From NCBI RefSeq assembly GCF_963921235.1, contig NC_086108.1, positions 40,054,001 to 40,118,000 on the forward strand: DNA of 64,000 nt, written 5' to 3'. This document shows positions 35,630-49,100 of this stretch, one piece after another. The position numbers and the translations under genes were made by a program. Position 1 is the stretch's first letter; the number at the start of each line of letters is the position of its first letter. The notes beneath the pieces were generated by a model, which saw only the letters and a program-made list of their open reading frames with translations, did no database searches and had not been told where the DNA came from. Source of the DNA: Mobula hypostoma (Eukaryota).

Positions 35630-38135
35630 TTGCACCAAAAACACATTGATGAAGGTAGAACAGTGGATGTAGTGTATATGGATTTCAGCAAGGCATTTGA
35701 TAAGGTTCCCCATGCCAGGCTCATTCAGAAAGTAAGGAGGCTTGGGATCCAAGGAGACCTTGTTCTGTGGATCCAGAATTGGCTTGCCCACAGAAGGCAA
35801 AGGGTGGTTGTAGATGGTTCGTGTTCAGCATGGAGGACAGTGACCAGTGGTGTTCTGCAAGGATCTGTTCTGGGACCCTTCCACTTTATGATTTTTATAA
35901 ATGACCTGGATGAGGAAGTAGAAGGGTGAGTTACTAAGTTTAGTAGTAGTCATACTTTATTGATCCTGGGGGAAATTGGTTTTCATTACAGTTGCACCAT
36001 AAATAATAAATAGTCATATAACCATAAATAGTTAAATAGTAATATGTAAATTATGCCAGTAAATTATGAAATAAGTCCAGGACCAGCCTATCGGCTCAGG
36101 GTGTCTGACCCTCCAAGGGAGGAGTTGTAAAGTTTGATGGCCACAGGCAGGAATGACTTCCTATGACGCTCTGTGTTGCATCTCGGTGGAATGAGTCTCT
36201 GGCTGAATGTATTCCTGTGCCCACCCGGTACATTATGTAGCGGATGGGAGACATTGACCAAGATGGCATGCAACTTAGACAGCGTCCTCTTTTCAGACAC
36301 CACCGTGGGAGAGTCCAGTTCCATCCCCACAACATCACTGGCCTTACGAATGAGTTTGTTGATTCTGTTGGTGTCTGCTACCCTCAGCCTGCTGCCCCAG
36401 CACACAACAGCAAACATAATAGCACTGGCCACCACAGACTCATAGAACATCCTCAGCATCATCTGGCAGATGTTAAAGGACCTCAGTCTCCTCAGGAAAT
36501 AGAGACGGCTTCGACCCTTCACACTGACACTGGTTAGTGTTCTTAGACCAGTCCAGTTTATTGTCAATTCGTATCCCCAGGTATTTGTAATCCTCCACCA
36601 TGTCCACACTGACCCCCTGGATGGAAACAAGGGTCACCGGTACCTTAGCTCTCCTCAGGTCTACCACCAGCTCCTTAGTCTTTTTCACATTAAGCTGCAG
36701 ATAATTCTGCTCACACCATGTGACAAAGTTTCCTACCGTAGCCCTGTACTCAGCCTCATCTCCCTTGCTGATGCATCCAACTATGACAGAGTCATCCGAA
36801 AACTTCTGAAGATGACAAGACTCTGTGCAGTAGTTGAAGTCTGAGGTGTAAATGGTGAAGAGAAAGGGAGACAAGACAGTCCCCTGTGGAGCCCCAGTGC
36901 TGCTGATTACTCTGTCGGACACACAGTGTTGCAAGCACACGTACTGTGGTCTGCCAGTCAGGTAATCAAGAATCCATGATACCAGGGAATCATCCACCTG
37001 CATCGCTGTCAGCTTCTCCCCCAGCAGAGCAGGGCGGATGGTGTTGAACGCACTGGAGAAGTCAAAAAACATGACCCTCACAGTGCTCACTGGCTTGTCC
37101 AGGTGGGCGTAGATACGGTTCAGCAGGTAGACGATGGCATCCTCAACTCCTAGTCGGGGCTGGTAGACGAACTGGAGGGGATCTAAGTGTGGCCTGACCA
37201 TAGGCTGGAGCAGCTCCAGAACAAGTTTGCTGATGACACAAGAGTTGGGGGTGTTGTAGATAGTCTGGAGGGTTGTCAGAGGTTACAGCGGGACGTCGAT
37301 AGGATGCAGAACTGGGCTGAGAAGTGGCAGATGGAGTTCAACCCAGATAAGTGTGAAGTGGTTCATTTTGGCGGGTCAAATATTAAGAAAGAATATGAGA
37401 TTAATGGTAGGACTCTTGGCAGTGCGGAGCATCATCAAAATCTTGGTGTCTGTGTCCATAGGACTCTCAGGTTGACAGTGTTGTTAACAAGTCGTACGGT
37501 GTGTTGACGTTCATCAACCATGGGACTGAGTTCAAGAGCGGTGAGGTAATATTAAAGCTATATAAGACCTGAGTTAGACCCACTTGGAGTACTGTGTTCA
37601 GTTCTAGTCACCTCATTACAGGAAGAATGTGGATACCATAGAAAGAGTGCAGAAGAGATTTACGAGGGTGTTGCCCGGATAAGGTTGAATGAACTCGTCC
37701 TTTTCTCCTTGGAGTGACAGAGGATGAGAGGTGTCCTGATAGAGGTGTATCAGATGATGAGAAGCATTGATAGTGTGGAAAGTCAGAGGCTTTTTCCCAG
37801 GGCTGAAATGGCTAACACAAGGCAGCATAATTTTACGGTAATTGGAAGTAGGTGCAGGGGGGGATGTCAGGGTAAGTTTTTCACACAGAGTGGTGAGTGT
37901 GTGGAATGCACTGCCCCCCATGGCGTAGAGGCAGATGCAATAGGTTCCACCAGCACTGTGTGTGTTGCAGGTTCTTTTAAGAGACTCGCTGATAGGACCA
38001 TGGAGTTTAGAAAAATAGATGGCTATCCAGTAGGGAAATTCTGGGCAGTTTCTAGAATAGGTTACATGGTTGATACAACATTGTGAGCCAAAGAGCCTTT
38101 AATGTGCTGTAGACTTCTCTGCTCTATGTTCTATG
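35630..38135 (+). mobile_element. CR1 LINE RT to 3' end, split by a Rex1-type insertion
   Basis: [17 protein letters not shown]...[11 protein letters not shown], then KFADDTRVGG resumes at 37223. Tail ctatgttctatg at about 38130. Confidence 0.9.
35942..37222 (-). mobile_element. Young 5'-truncated Rex1/Babar-type LINE
   Basis: LDPLQFVYQP..FFDFSSAFNTI..GAPQGTVLSPFLF..KFSDDS in two overlapping long ORFs. TSD aagttt (35936-35941, 37223-37228) and a (CTA)n tail. Confidence 0.92.
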
Positions 38136-38459
38136 AAATAGATATAGAGACAAAGGATAGATAAGAGTATGTAATGTGATGCAAAGTGGCAACAATCACC
38201 ATTCTGCAGATACCTGCCCGGTGTCTAGGCCTTTAATTTTGGAGCTGAAGCCAGCTTTCTGAGTAAGGTTGGCCTAAAGGTCATTCTGGAAAATGGTTTT
38301 AACTTCAGGAGTTTTCAAATGAAAGTTACGAGAAAGCTCTTCTTTATTTGTTGTTTCAAGTTAAATGGCGTATTAGAGTTTACTTCCTCTTATTTTAGGT
38401 GAGATAGTTGTCCATTTAAACTGAAAAAAAACTTAATTATTGATATCTCTCTACAAAAC

Positions 38460-39462
38460 TCACTTAGGAGGCATCATTGAGAGCATAAACTTGATTTCCA
38501 CAATTATGCAGATAACACATTGCATATTTCGGTTGATCCTAACAATGATAACACCCAATCTTCTCCGACTTCTGGTATGGCTACAATATATGAACAGATG
38601 AGCCGTAATTTTCTAAAACTGAATAAAGATAAAAGTGAAATATTTTTGGTTGGTCCGAAGCCAAAAGAGATTAACTTCTTGATAAATTTGGAGACTTGGC
38701 TCCCTTGTAAAATGAGAAGTAATAAGGCTGGTGTGATCCTTGATTCAGATTTGAATTTTAAAGCCCAGATAAAGAAAATGACCATTTCTACATTTAAGAT
38801 TTGTAAAGCATTTCTGGAATGAAGAAATATTGCAAAGGTATGTCTGTTTCTATCACATAATAATGCTGAAAATCTAATTCACACCTTTCTATTGAATAGA
38901 CTAGATTACTGCAATGCACTTTTTATAGGCATTCCAAAGCAATCTATTGACATGCTTCAACTCATTTAGAACACCGCTCCTAGACGTTTAACGAAAACCT
39001 GAATGAGGAAGCATATCACTCCACTCCTAGTTACTCTGCATTGGCTTCCTGTATCCTTTAGAATTGATTTTAAAGTTCTCTTGTTTGTATTTGTCGTGTC
39101 TCAGTGGTCTGGGACATGAGTTGGTCACAGAATAACTTTCGTTTTAGAATCTTGCTCAAGCTCTCAGGTCTTCTTCTGTCGGTCACTTAAATTTGAACAG
39201 TTTCCCTCAAATGATGATTGGCAAGTCAGCTTTTTTGAACTACGCTCCTAAGCAGAGGAATTCAATACCTAAAACTATGAGGGATGTAGAAGACACAGCT
39301 GACATTTTTAAATGCCAGCTCAAAACCTATTTATTTAACCTTGTTTTTAACTAACATGTTTTTGTCTTTTATTTTTATGTTTGCTCATTATCCCATTGTA
39401 AAGCACTTTGAACTACATCATCTGTATGAAAAGTGCTCTATAAATAAGTTATTATTATTAAT
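38460..39462 (+). mobile_element. L2-clade LINE 3' portion
   Basis: YADNT, NFLKLNKDKSE, RLDYCNAL, HITPLLVTLHWLPVSFRIDFKVLL and a (TTA)n tail. Confidence 0.85.
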
Positions 39463-41129
39463 AATTTTAATGTTGTGGCTTCAGGTATTTGGGAGAAATG
39501 AGAAAGATGAAAACAAATGCAGGACGGAACAAAACGGTGCCCATAAAGTGTCAGGGGAGATGCAAGAGGATGTAAGAGGATGACATTTAAATCACGGCAT
39601 GAATGGGACTGTGCACCCAGTTCAGGCAGGGTGCAGCCAGTGGATGAGAGAATTCTGCTGTTTGTGAGTAACTACATAATATTGAAGTTGGAAATGGAAG
39701 CATTGTGCCACCTGCTGGTAGATCTGAGAATGTCTTGCTGGTTGTTTAATTTAATGAGCTGCTGGCAAAGCACAACGTGAGGCCTACAGACCAGTAGTAA
39801 CCTGTTTCCATTTTAATGGAAGGCCCTTTTGCACAAAGTGCAGTCTACTTTAATTTTTGTGATGCACATTTTTAAACAATATCATTATCAGGATCCACCT
39901 TCAGAGCAGGAAATCACAGTCAGGTAAGCTGGGAAAGCTCTGAGAATTTGAAGTGCTTAATTCTCACTGACATCTGTTGAATGAACTGTTTGTTGCCATG
40001 AAAGGAATCAGGTTAAGGACTGAAGTATGTGTGTCATTGTTTTAATTGCATTCATAATTTTCTGTTTGTTGAAATCTTTTGGCTTCATTCCCCTCAAAAA
40101 TTGCAGACAGGTGCAGGGGTAGCATGACAACATGGATCCTACGATCAAGGAGAATGTTAATTGGTGGTGAAGGGAAGCAAGAACTGAAAACCAATTACTC
40201 CAATTATAACTGGTTCACTGGAATAAAGCTGGTAGTACACAGTTCATAGGCTGGATAACTGGTCTTGCTCATTGCACCTTCGTTTATTTATTATTACAAG
40301 GGAAATTATTAAAGACTGGCCAATTCATTCTCCTCCCTTTGTTTAAATTCTTTTGATTTTTCTTATACACCAGATATGATGTAGCTATGAAAAGCTTAAA
40401 TAGTGTAAATTCAAAGGTGAATGTAAGGGAGGGAATGGGGGTCAGCTCAAACCTACTTTACTCAATTAAAAACTGCTTGGTTCATATCAGCTCCTAATTT
40501 GACACTGAACAGATTTTACTGTTTATTAACAGCAATAGAAAGCAAAATGAAAACAAGTATAAAATAGGTTACTGATTTGATGCTGTCATATTTTCCTACT
40601 GGTTGGTCTACTTCCTCTAAATCTGTTTAGATCAGATGAAGTTTTAGCATGGAAGGGCGATAGAAAGTATTACATTCATCAGAACAAAATTTCCATGATG
40701 TATAAAAATTCAAAGAGTGTTAGATGCTCTAACCAACCAGGAATTTCCTCTGGGATTTTCTCAGTCAGCCATTCTTACTTTGGTGGTCAATTGGGATAAA
40801 CTCAAGGAGATTTTCAATTCCCAGCTCTCTAAATGGATTAGCTACACTTCATTCAGCTAATTAAATCAGCCATTTAGTCGGGAGATGTACTTCTGCCTGG
40901 TCTGGTCATGTTGACTGAACCACAAATGGCCTCATCCTGATTGGAACTGAATTATGAATCCCATCTTTGACATTCAGTTAATGGAGGGACCACACTGGGC
41001 TTCTCACTCTTCCTATCTGCCTACCCCGATGTATCCCAGTGAAGCTTAACGACAAATCTTAATTATATACTAGCAGTGAAATGTTCCAAAGTGCTTCCAA
41101 ATAAGCATCATAAAGAGTTTGTGCACGCA

Positions 41130-41132
<3 letters not shown>

Positions 41133-41161
<29 letters not shown>
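41133..41161. repeat. (GT)n microsatellite
   Basis: About 14 perfect GT units. Confidence 0.95.
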
Positions 41162-41166
<5 letters not shown>

Positions 41167-42409
41167 TTGACAGATAGAGGGAAGCGAAGAGATGAAGAGA
41201 TATAAAGGTTGGATCTGCGGCTGGAGAAAATAGCCGCCAATGATGGCAATTGAAAATACAGAACAGTGACCTTTACTTTGTGTCTGGCCTTCAGAACGCC
41301 TGATTTGGGAATGCTCGATACTCACAGACATTTTCCACCTTGATAACGCCCAAATAAAACTACAGGCTTGCAACCCAATTTAAAACGAGAATTATTCTCT
41401 TCTTTATGGCATTGTTTTGTATTGGATTTCTATCCTTTCTGACAAAGCTGACTTCCGGCATACGGCACCAAGTTGCTTGGACCTGGGTTCATGAAGCCTA
41501 TCAGTTATTCACAGTATGCCCTCTCCCAATTAGTTAAGTTGGACAATTTGTCACCCTGGGTTACTGTAACCGTGGCTGTGCATCCCAGTCGTTCTGTCTG
41601 CAAGCACACACTTGATTGCTCTGTGTTTCAGTGTCAGCCGGCACCCGTTAATTAGAGAGATCTGAAAGGACTGCCACAATGCCTGCTCCTGCACACCTCC
41701 TGGCACCGGCTCCCTGTTCCGGCTACATTCATAGAGCAGATCTTTATTTAGAGTTTTTCAGAAGCTGCTGTATTTTTCTGCCATGCATGGAGCTTAATGA
41801 AGACTCAGAGCTAGGACCAAACCTTACTCCTATTTTGAGAGGATTTGGAATTCAGTTGGGGATCAGTTCACCGGCCATTCAAGCTTGTGCTGGCATTAAC
41901 GACAACTAACACATGCCCAGAGCTTGCAGTACAAGTGGGAGGCTAAGTATGCGCTGACCATTAATTATAATGATTGCTGCTTGCAGCCGATATGAACTGT
42001 GCTGTGGAGTGACTGAATGCCAGAGTGGCTAACTCCAGCTAAAGCTGAAAGGCTCTTAAAGGGGAGGTGCATTTGGGGAACCTCATATTGACATAGAAAA
42101 GGATGCAATTGTGGGATCATGGGAGATGGCGGGTGCCATTGCAGGCCTTCTGGAGAGAGTTGGAGAGTGTCGACATAAAATCTAACAGGTACATATCAGA
42201 CTGTCATGAAGTTCAAAGGCCCTGAAGAATGTGATGGCCAGTATGTGGCTTCCCTGTCACTCACTCACAATCACATCAGTTATCTAATATTTATAACCTG
42301 AGCTTCTCTTCATAAACAGAGTACTGGTGCAAGCCCCACAGCCGCACTTCACAGCCTGGATGAACTACTAGCTGTTCCGCTGTAAGATGCAGGTACTGTG
42401 CTTCTTCCT

Positions 42410-42565
42410 GGGGACTCGAGACTGCAGGTGCTAGAATCTGCCGCAACAAACAACCTGCAGGAGGAACTCAGTCAGACTGATGCAGAATTTCAACCCAAAA
42501 TATCAACAGCTCTTTTGGCCTGCACAGATGCTGCTCGACCTGATGAGATCCTCCAGCTGATCATT
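42410..42565. mobile_element. Degraded inverted Penelope-like termini
   Basis: actgcaggtgctagaatctg..gaggaactcag | ctgatgcag..cccaaaatatcaac..gatgctgctcgacctgatgag. Confidence 0.6.
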
Positions 42566-42569
42566 TTTT

Positions 42570-43285
42570 TTTGCCTTGCCCGTGCTTCATAATTGAGCTT
42601 TTCCCAATTTTCTGGCTGAGCTATGTTCCACTGTAGCTTGAAACAAGCTTCCTCTCTGTCTACGACTCCACCAATTTTCCATTGTGCCCCCAACATTCTC
42701 ATTCATGTCATTAATATGTATTACAAAGAACAAGTGTCCCAGCATTAATCCTTGCAGTACACCTCAGATTTCTAGTCAGAGAAATAGCCCTTGTCCGCTG
42801 CCTTCTGCCTCCTATCACCAGCCAGTTTTAGATCCAGTTCATCAATGCCCCTCTCTTCCCTTGTGTATTAAACTTTTAGATTGGCCTGGGATCTTGACAA
42901 AGGCTAGCTAAAGTCCACATAGACAACATCCACCATGTTGCTTTCATTAATCTTCTTTTTTGTAAAATGCAGTCTGATTTGTGGGAAGTTATCTTCCCCA
43001 GCAGAAAACCCTGCAGACTCCTGCTAATCAGTCCATGCCTGTCCAAGTGAACAGAAGTCCTGTCCCTCAGAAATTTCCCACCACTGACATAAAAGCTCAC
43101 TGCACCATAGCTTCCAGGTTTATTCCTACTGCCTATTTTTGAACAAAGGAACAACATTGGCTATTTTTCAGTCTTCTGATACTTCAACAATGCTAATGAA
43201 GATGCAAAAATCATCTCTGTCAGAGTCCCGAAAATCTCCTCCCTTGCTTCCTGTAGCACCCTAGAATAGATCCCCTCCACCCTTA
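42570..43285 (-). mobile_element. Degraded CR1 RT fragment
   Basis: GSRNKPGSYGAVS, LRDRTSVHLDRHGLI and a VDVVYVDFS-like segment. Confidence 0.7.
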
Positions 43286-43339
43286 TGTGCCCTGGTATTT
43301 TTAGTACTTCTTCCTTCCTGATACAGACATGCTCTAGAG

Positions 43340-43420
43340 CAGGGGTTCCCTATCTGGGGTCCACATACTCCTTCTTCAACAATAAGGATCCATGCCATAA
43401 AAGAAGATTGGGAATCCCTA
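43340..43420. mobile_element. 81-bp hAT (Charlie-type) MITE
   Basis: TIRs caggggttccc / gggaatcccta and a perfect 8-bp TSD CTCTAGAG, matching the NTCTAGAN preference of Charlie elements. Confidence 0.85.
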
Positions 43421-43484
43421 CTCTAGAGGCTAGGATATCAATGTACCCTGCCCTTAACCCTCCAGCCTTCATCTGTTTCTTAAA

Positions 43485-44120
43485 GGCTGCATCTGCTATT
43501 AAGGACCCCCATTTCCCAGGACCTGCCCTATTCTTGTTGTTACCATCAGGAAGGAGGTACAGGAGCTGGAAGACACACACTGAATGATTCAGGAACAACT
43601 TCTTCCCATTGCCATCTGTTTTCTGAATGGATGTTGAACCTCTGAACACTACCTCACTACTTTTTTTTATATTTTTAGATTTGCACTACTTACTTAATTT
43701 AGCTATTTTGAAATATATGTATACTTACTATAAGCCACATTTTTTCTCTCTATTATTATGTATGGCACTGTACTGTTGCCACAAAGGCAACACATTTCAA
43801 GACATATTAAACCTGATTCTGATTCTTGCCCGCTGGCAGCAATGAGGAGAGGGAATGGCTTGGATTGTGGATCCAGTGGTGGACGTCACCTTCTTAAGAC
43901 ATCACTTCTTGTAGATGTAGGTGTCCTTGATGGTGTGTGGGGGTACAGAGTTGTACCTGTGAAGAACTGGTTGGGTCCCCTAGCTTCAGTAGCCTTTTGC
44001 ATTCCTGTGCATTGGACTTCTGATACCACACCATGATGAAACTAGCCAGATTGCTTTCCACCGTACATTTGGCGATGTTTGTTAGAGTCATCAATTAATG
44101 CTGAATCTCCTTAAACTTCC
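43485..44120. mobile_element. Rex1-type LINE fragments: plus-strand 3' end to about 43825, then a minus-strand fragment
   Basis: AASAIKDPHFPGPALFLLLPSGRRYRS with tail taaacctgattctgattct. Minus strand: LTNIAKCTVESNL. Confidence 0.7.
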
Positions 44121-44959
44121 AAGGAAGTGATGAGCTGGGAGGACTTGGTAGGCCAAAATGGTTTCCTTTGATGTCATAAGGAAATGTGGAAAAATATGGG
44201 GTAAAACTCTTTAGAAACACTTGGGCCCTCGGAGGTGTATGGAAAACAGGCACGAGGTTCACTGGTTGATTTTCTAATTAATATTGCATACTTTGATTTG
44301 CATTTGAACATTAATTTGGTGTTGGCTATTAACTGTGCTTGTTCACCATGATGGTCAGTAACAGAGGGAAAGTTGGAAGTTGCTAGACTTGTTGCTAATG
44401 TGACATCCTTGTGGCAACACAGTGAACTGTTGGCGACCTCTCTTTTAGTGTGGGGAGAAAAGGCTGCCAGTTATTTGTCCCCCTCCTCTCTTTTCCCACT
44501 GCTCATGTTATGATTGTTCATGGGCTGTCGCCACATGAGGCAATGGCCCACCACGTGTCTGGAGATCCTCTCTGCAGGGTACGGCAGGGACTGGCCAGAG
44601 AGGTGAGGGATTGGAATCTTGCTGAGTTCTCATGGCAACGCTGCTGTCATTGGCTGCGGGCCACACGTGGGTGCATGCTGATGCTAGAGCCATAGAGTAT
44701 GCAGCATATACGTTAGGCCTTTCGGCTCAGTGTGTTCATGCTGGTACCATCAAGTACCTATTCATACTATTCCCATTTACCAAACTTCGATGCTTTGGTG
44801 ACTCGAGAGCTCAACCAGATACTTTTCAAAGGTTATAAGAATGTCTACTCCCACCACCCTCTCAGGCAGTGAGCTCCAGGTGGCACCTTCTCTGTGGATA
44901 AGCCCTCTGGTTCAGAGCCGTACTCCCTTCCTTCCTCCCTCTTGGTGCAATTCATAATA

Positions 44960-45331
44960 CACTCAGCCTTCCTGTCAGCTCAAACCAGTCCAACCCGTCT
45001 CCCCTGACCTTTTTCTGACCACATTTGCCCACAGAACTGCTGCTTACTGGGTAGTTTTTGCACAGTTCTCTGCAAACTTGAAGACTATTGTGCATGAAAA
45101 CCCAGGAGACCAGCAGTTTCTGAGATACTAGGAACCACCCCATTTGGCACCAGCAATCATTCATCTAGATCACATTTCTTCCCTATTTTGCTGTTTGGTC
45201 TGAACAACTACTAAATCTCTTGATCATGTTTGTGTGCTTTTATGCATTGAGTTGTTGCCACTCGATTGGCTGTTATATATTTGCATTAATTAGCAGATGT
45301 ACAGGTTTACCCAATAATTGGCCACTGAGTA
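44960..45331 (-). mobile_element. Tc1-derived non-autonomous element
   Basis: Homologous to 17650-17914 and 16355-16600. Ends TA|cactcag ... ggccactgagta|TA. Confidence 0.75.
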
Positions 45332-45397
45332 TATATGGATATCATCAGCTTTTATGAACGGAAGACTTCAGGCTGTTTGAAGAGATATAGAGATAGT

Positions 45398-45399
<2 letters not shown>

Positions 45400-45443
<44 letters not shown>

Positions 45444-45670
45444 AAATTATTCACTTTCAGAAGTTAAACTATCACTCTCCCCCCTCCCCCCTCTCCCCCC
45501 TCCCCCCCTCTACCCCCCTCTACTCCCCCTCTACCCCCCACCCCCCTCTCCCCCTCTCCCCCTCTCTCCCTACCCTCTCCCTCTCTCTACCCCCTTTCTC
45601 TCTCTCTCTTCCTTGCTCTCTCCTCCTGTTTCCCCCCTCTCTCTCCTTCACATTTTCTCTCTTTTCCACC
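45400..45670. repeat. (GA)n microsatellite followed by a C-rich polypyrimidine tract
   Basis: (GA)~18 at 45402-45438 and CCCCCT-type repeats at 45478-45600. Confidence 0.9.
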
Positions 45671-46139
45671 TGTAGTTTGACACAGCACTGTTACATTTGG
45701 TCAAGATCTGTTAGACTTCCTCTTTGCCTCCAAAATACTTACGGTTAAATCGACTGATATCACACCCACATTCTTCTCTGACCACTTCCTCTTCTGGCTG
45801 TTTGCTGCCAGGAGTAAGACAGGTGGTATTGAGGCTGAATGTCAAACTGTTGACCCCAGAAAGCATCAAAGAACAAAAGATGGTTTATTCTAGTCAGAGA
45901 ACTATGAAGCCTCACCTCCCTCCCTTTTCATTCAACCCTTTCTGCTCCTCTCCACTCCCTCATAGCACAACCCTGTACTCTACCCCATCCTGCCCTAGTC
46001 TTCCCCACTCCCCTGCTGATGACTATTTGCCCTCTCTCAGAGTGATATTGCTGCCTCACTGCTGCTACTTGCCCTCTCCCACATGACTGCCCCATTACAC
46101 CACTTGCTCAGCAACAGTACTGCTGACCCGATTCATTCT

Positions 46140-49100
46140 TGTAGAACCAGACATTACAGCACAGAAACAGGCCTTTTGGCCCTTCTTGGCTGTGCCGAAC
46201 CATTTTTCTGCCTAGTCCCACTGACCTGCACCTGGACCATATCCCTCCATACACCTCTCATCCATGTACCTGTCCAAGTTTTTCTTAAATGTTAAAAGTG
46301 TGCCCACATTTACCACTTTATCTGGCAGCTCATTCCACACTCCCACCACTCTCTGTGTGAAGAAGCCCCCCCCCATGTTCCCTTTAAACTTTTCCCCCTT
46401 CACCCTTAACCCATGTCCTCTGGTTTTTTTTTCTCCCCTAGCCTCAATGGAAAAAGCCTGCTTGCATTCATTCTATCTAGACCTATCATAATTTTATATA
46501 CCTCTATCGAATCTCCCCTCATTCTTCTACGCTCCAGGGAATAAAGTCCTAACCTATTCAACCGTTCTCTGTAACTCAGTTTCTCAAGTCCCGGCAACAT
46601 CCTTGTAAACCTTCTCTGCACTCTTTCAACCTTATTAATAACCTTCCTGTAATTAGGTGACCAAAACTGCACAGAATACACCAAATTCGGCCTCACCAAT
46701 GTCTTATACAACCTCACCATAACATTCCAACTCCTATACTCAGTACTTTGATTTATAAAGGCCAATGTACCAAAAGATCTCTTTACAACCCTATCTACCT
46801 GGGATGCCACTTTTAGGGAATTTTGTATTTGTATTCCCAGATTCCTCTGTTCTACTGCACTCCCAATGCCCTACCATTTACCTTGTATGTTCTACCTTGG
46901 TTTGTCCTTCCAAAGTGCAATAACTCACACTTGTCTGTATTAAACTCCATCTGCCATTTTTTCAGCCCATTTTTCCAGCTGGTCCAAATCCCTCTGCAGG
47001 CTCTGAAAACCTTCCTCACTGTCCACTACACCTCCAACCTTTGTATCGTCAAAAAATTTGCTGATCCAATTTACCACATTATCATCCAGATTATTGATAT
47101 AGATGACAAGTAACAATGGACCCAGCACTGATCCCTGTGGCACACCACGAGTCACAGGCCTCCACTCAGAGAAGCAATCCTCCACTCCCACTCTCTGGCT
47201 TCTCCCATTGAGCCAATGTCGAATCCAATTTACCACCTCACCATGTATACCTAGCGACTGAATCTTCCTAACCTCCCATACGGGACCTTGTCAAAGGCCT
47301 TACTGAAGTCCATGTAGACAACATCCACTGCCTTCCCTTCATTCACTTTCCTGGTAACCTCCTCAAAAAACTCTAATAGATTGGTTAAACGTGACCTACC
47401 ATGCACAAAGCCATGTTGACTCTCCCTAGCAAGTCCCTGTCTATCCAAATACTTGTAGATCCTATCTCTTAGTACTCCTTCCAATAATTTACCCACTACT
47501 GACGTCAAACTTACTGGCCTATAATTTTCTGGATTACTTTTAGAGCCTTTCTTAAACAACGGAACAACATGAGCTATCCTCCAATCCTCCAGCAGCTCAC
47601 CCGTAGATACCGACATTTTAAATATATCTGCCAGGGCCCCTGCAATTTCAACACTAGTCTCCTTCAAGGTCCGAGGGAATACCCTGTCAGGTCCTGGGGA
47701 TTTATCTACTCTGATTTGCCTCATGATAGCAAGCACCTCCTCCTCTTCAATCTGTATAGGTTCCATGACCTCACTACTTGTTTGCCTTATTTCCATAGGC
47801 TCCATGCCAGTTTCCTTGGTAAATACAGATGCAAAAAAACCATTTAAGATCTCCCCCATTTCTTTTGGTTCCATACATAGTCGACCACTCTGATCTTCAA
47901 GAGGACCAATTTTATCCCTTACTATCTTTTCGCTCTTAATATACCTGTAGAAGCTCTTTGGATTATCCTTCACCTTGACTGCCAAAGTAACCTCATGTCT
48001 TCTTTTATCCCTCCTGATTTCTTTCTTCAGTTTTTTTTTTGCACTTCTTATACTCCTCAAGCACCTTATTTGCTCCCTGTTTCCTATACATGTCGTACAT
48101 CTCTCTCTTCTTCTTTATCAGAGTTCCAATATCCCTTGAGAACCAAGGTTCCTTTTTCTTATTCACTTTGCCTTTAATCCTGACAGGAACATACAAACAC
48201 TGCACTCTCAAAATTTATCCTTTGAAGGCTTCCCACCTACCAATCACATCCTTGCCAGAGAACAACCTGTCCCAATCCACGCTTTTTAGATCCTTTCTCA
48301 TTTCTTCAAATTTGGCCTTTTTCCAGTTTAGAACCTCAGCCTGAGGAACAGATCTATCTTTATCCGTGATCAAGTTGAAACTAATAGTGTTATGATCACT
48401 GGAACCAAAGTGTTCCCCTACACACACTTCCGTCACCTGTACTAACTCGTTTCCTAATAGGAGATCTAATATTGCATCCTCTCTAGTTGGTGCTTCTATA
48501 TATTGATTTAGAAAACTTTCCTGAACACATTTTACAAACTCTAACCTGTCTAGACCTTTAGCAGTATGGGAGTCCCAATCAAGATGTGGAAAATTAAAAT
48601 CCCCTACTATCACAACTTTATGTTTCCTGCAGTTGTCTGCTATCTCTCTGCAGATTTGTTCCTCCAATTCTCGCTGACTATTGGGTGGTCTATAATACAA
48701 ATCCATTAATGTGGTCATACCTTTCCTGTTTCTCAGCTCCACCCATATGGCCTCAGTAGACAAGCCCTCTAATCTGTCCTGCCTGAGCACTGCTGTAACA
48801 TTTTCCCTGACTAGCAATGCCATCCCACCACCCTTCATTTCTCTGCCTCTATCATGTCTGAAACATCGGAACCCTGGAACATTAAGCTGCCAGTCCTGCC
48901 CCTCCTGTAGCCAAGTTTCACTAATGGCTATAATGTCGTAATTCCATGTGTCAATCCATGGCCTCAGTTCATCTGCCTTCCCCACAATACTCCTTGCATT
49001 GAAATAGACACACCTCAGAAGATTATTACCACCACACACAACCCTTCTCTTTGTGACTTTGCATGTACTTTTAACATCATTTATTTTTACCCCTGCTCCA

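Noticed and set aside
45400..45675. Arg/Glu- and Pro-rich ORF
   Set aside because: Translation of (GA)n and C-rich low-complexity DNA.
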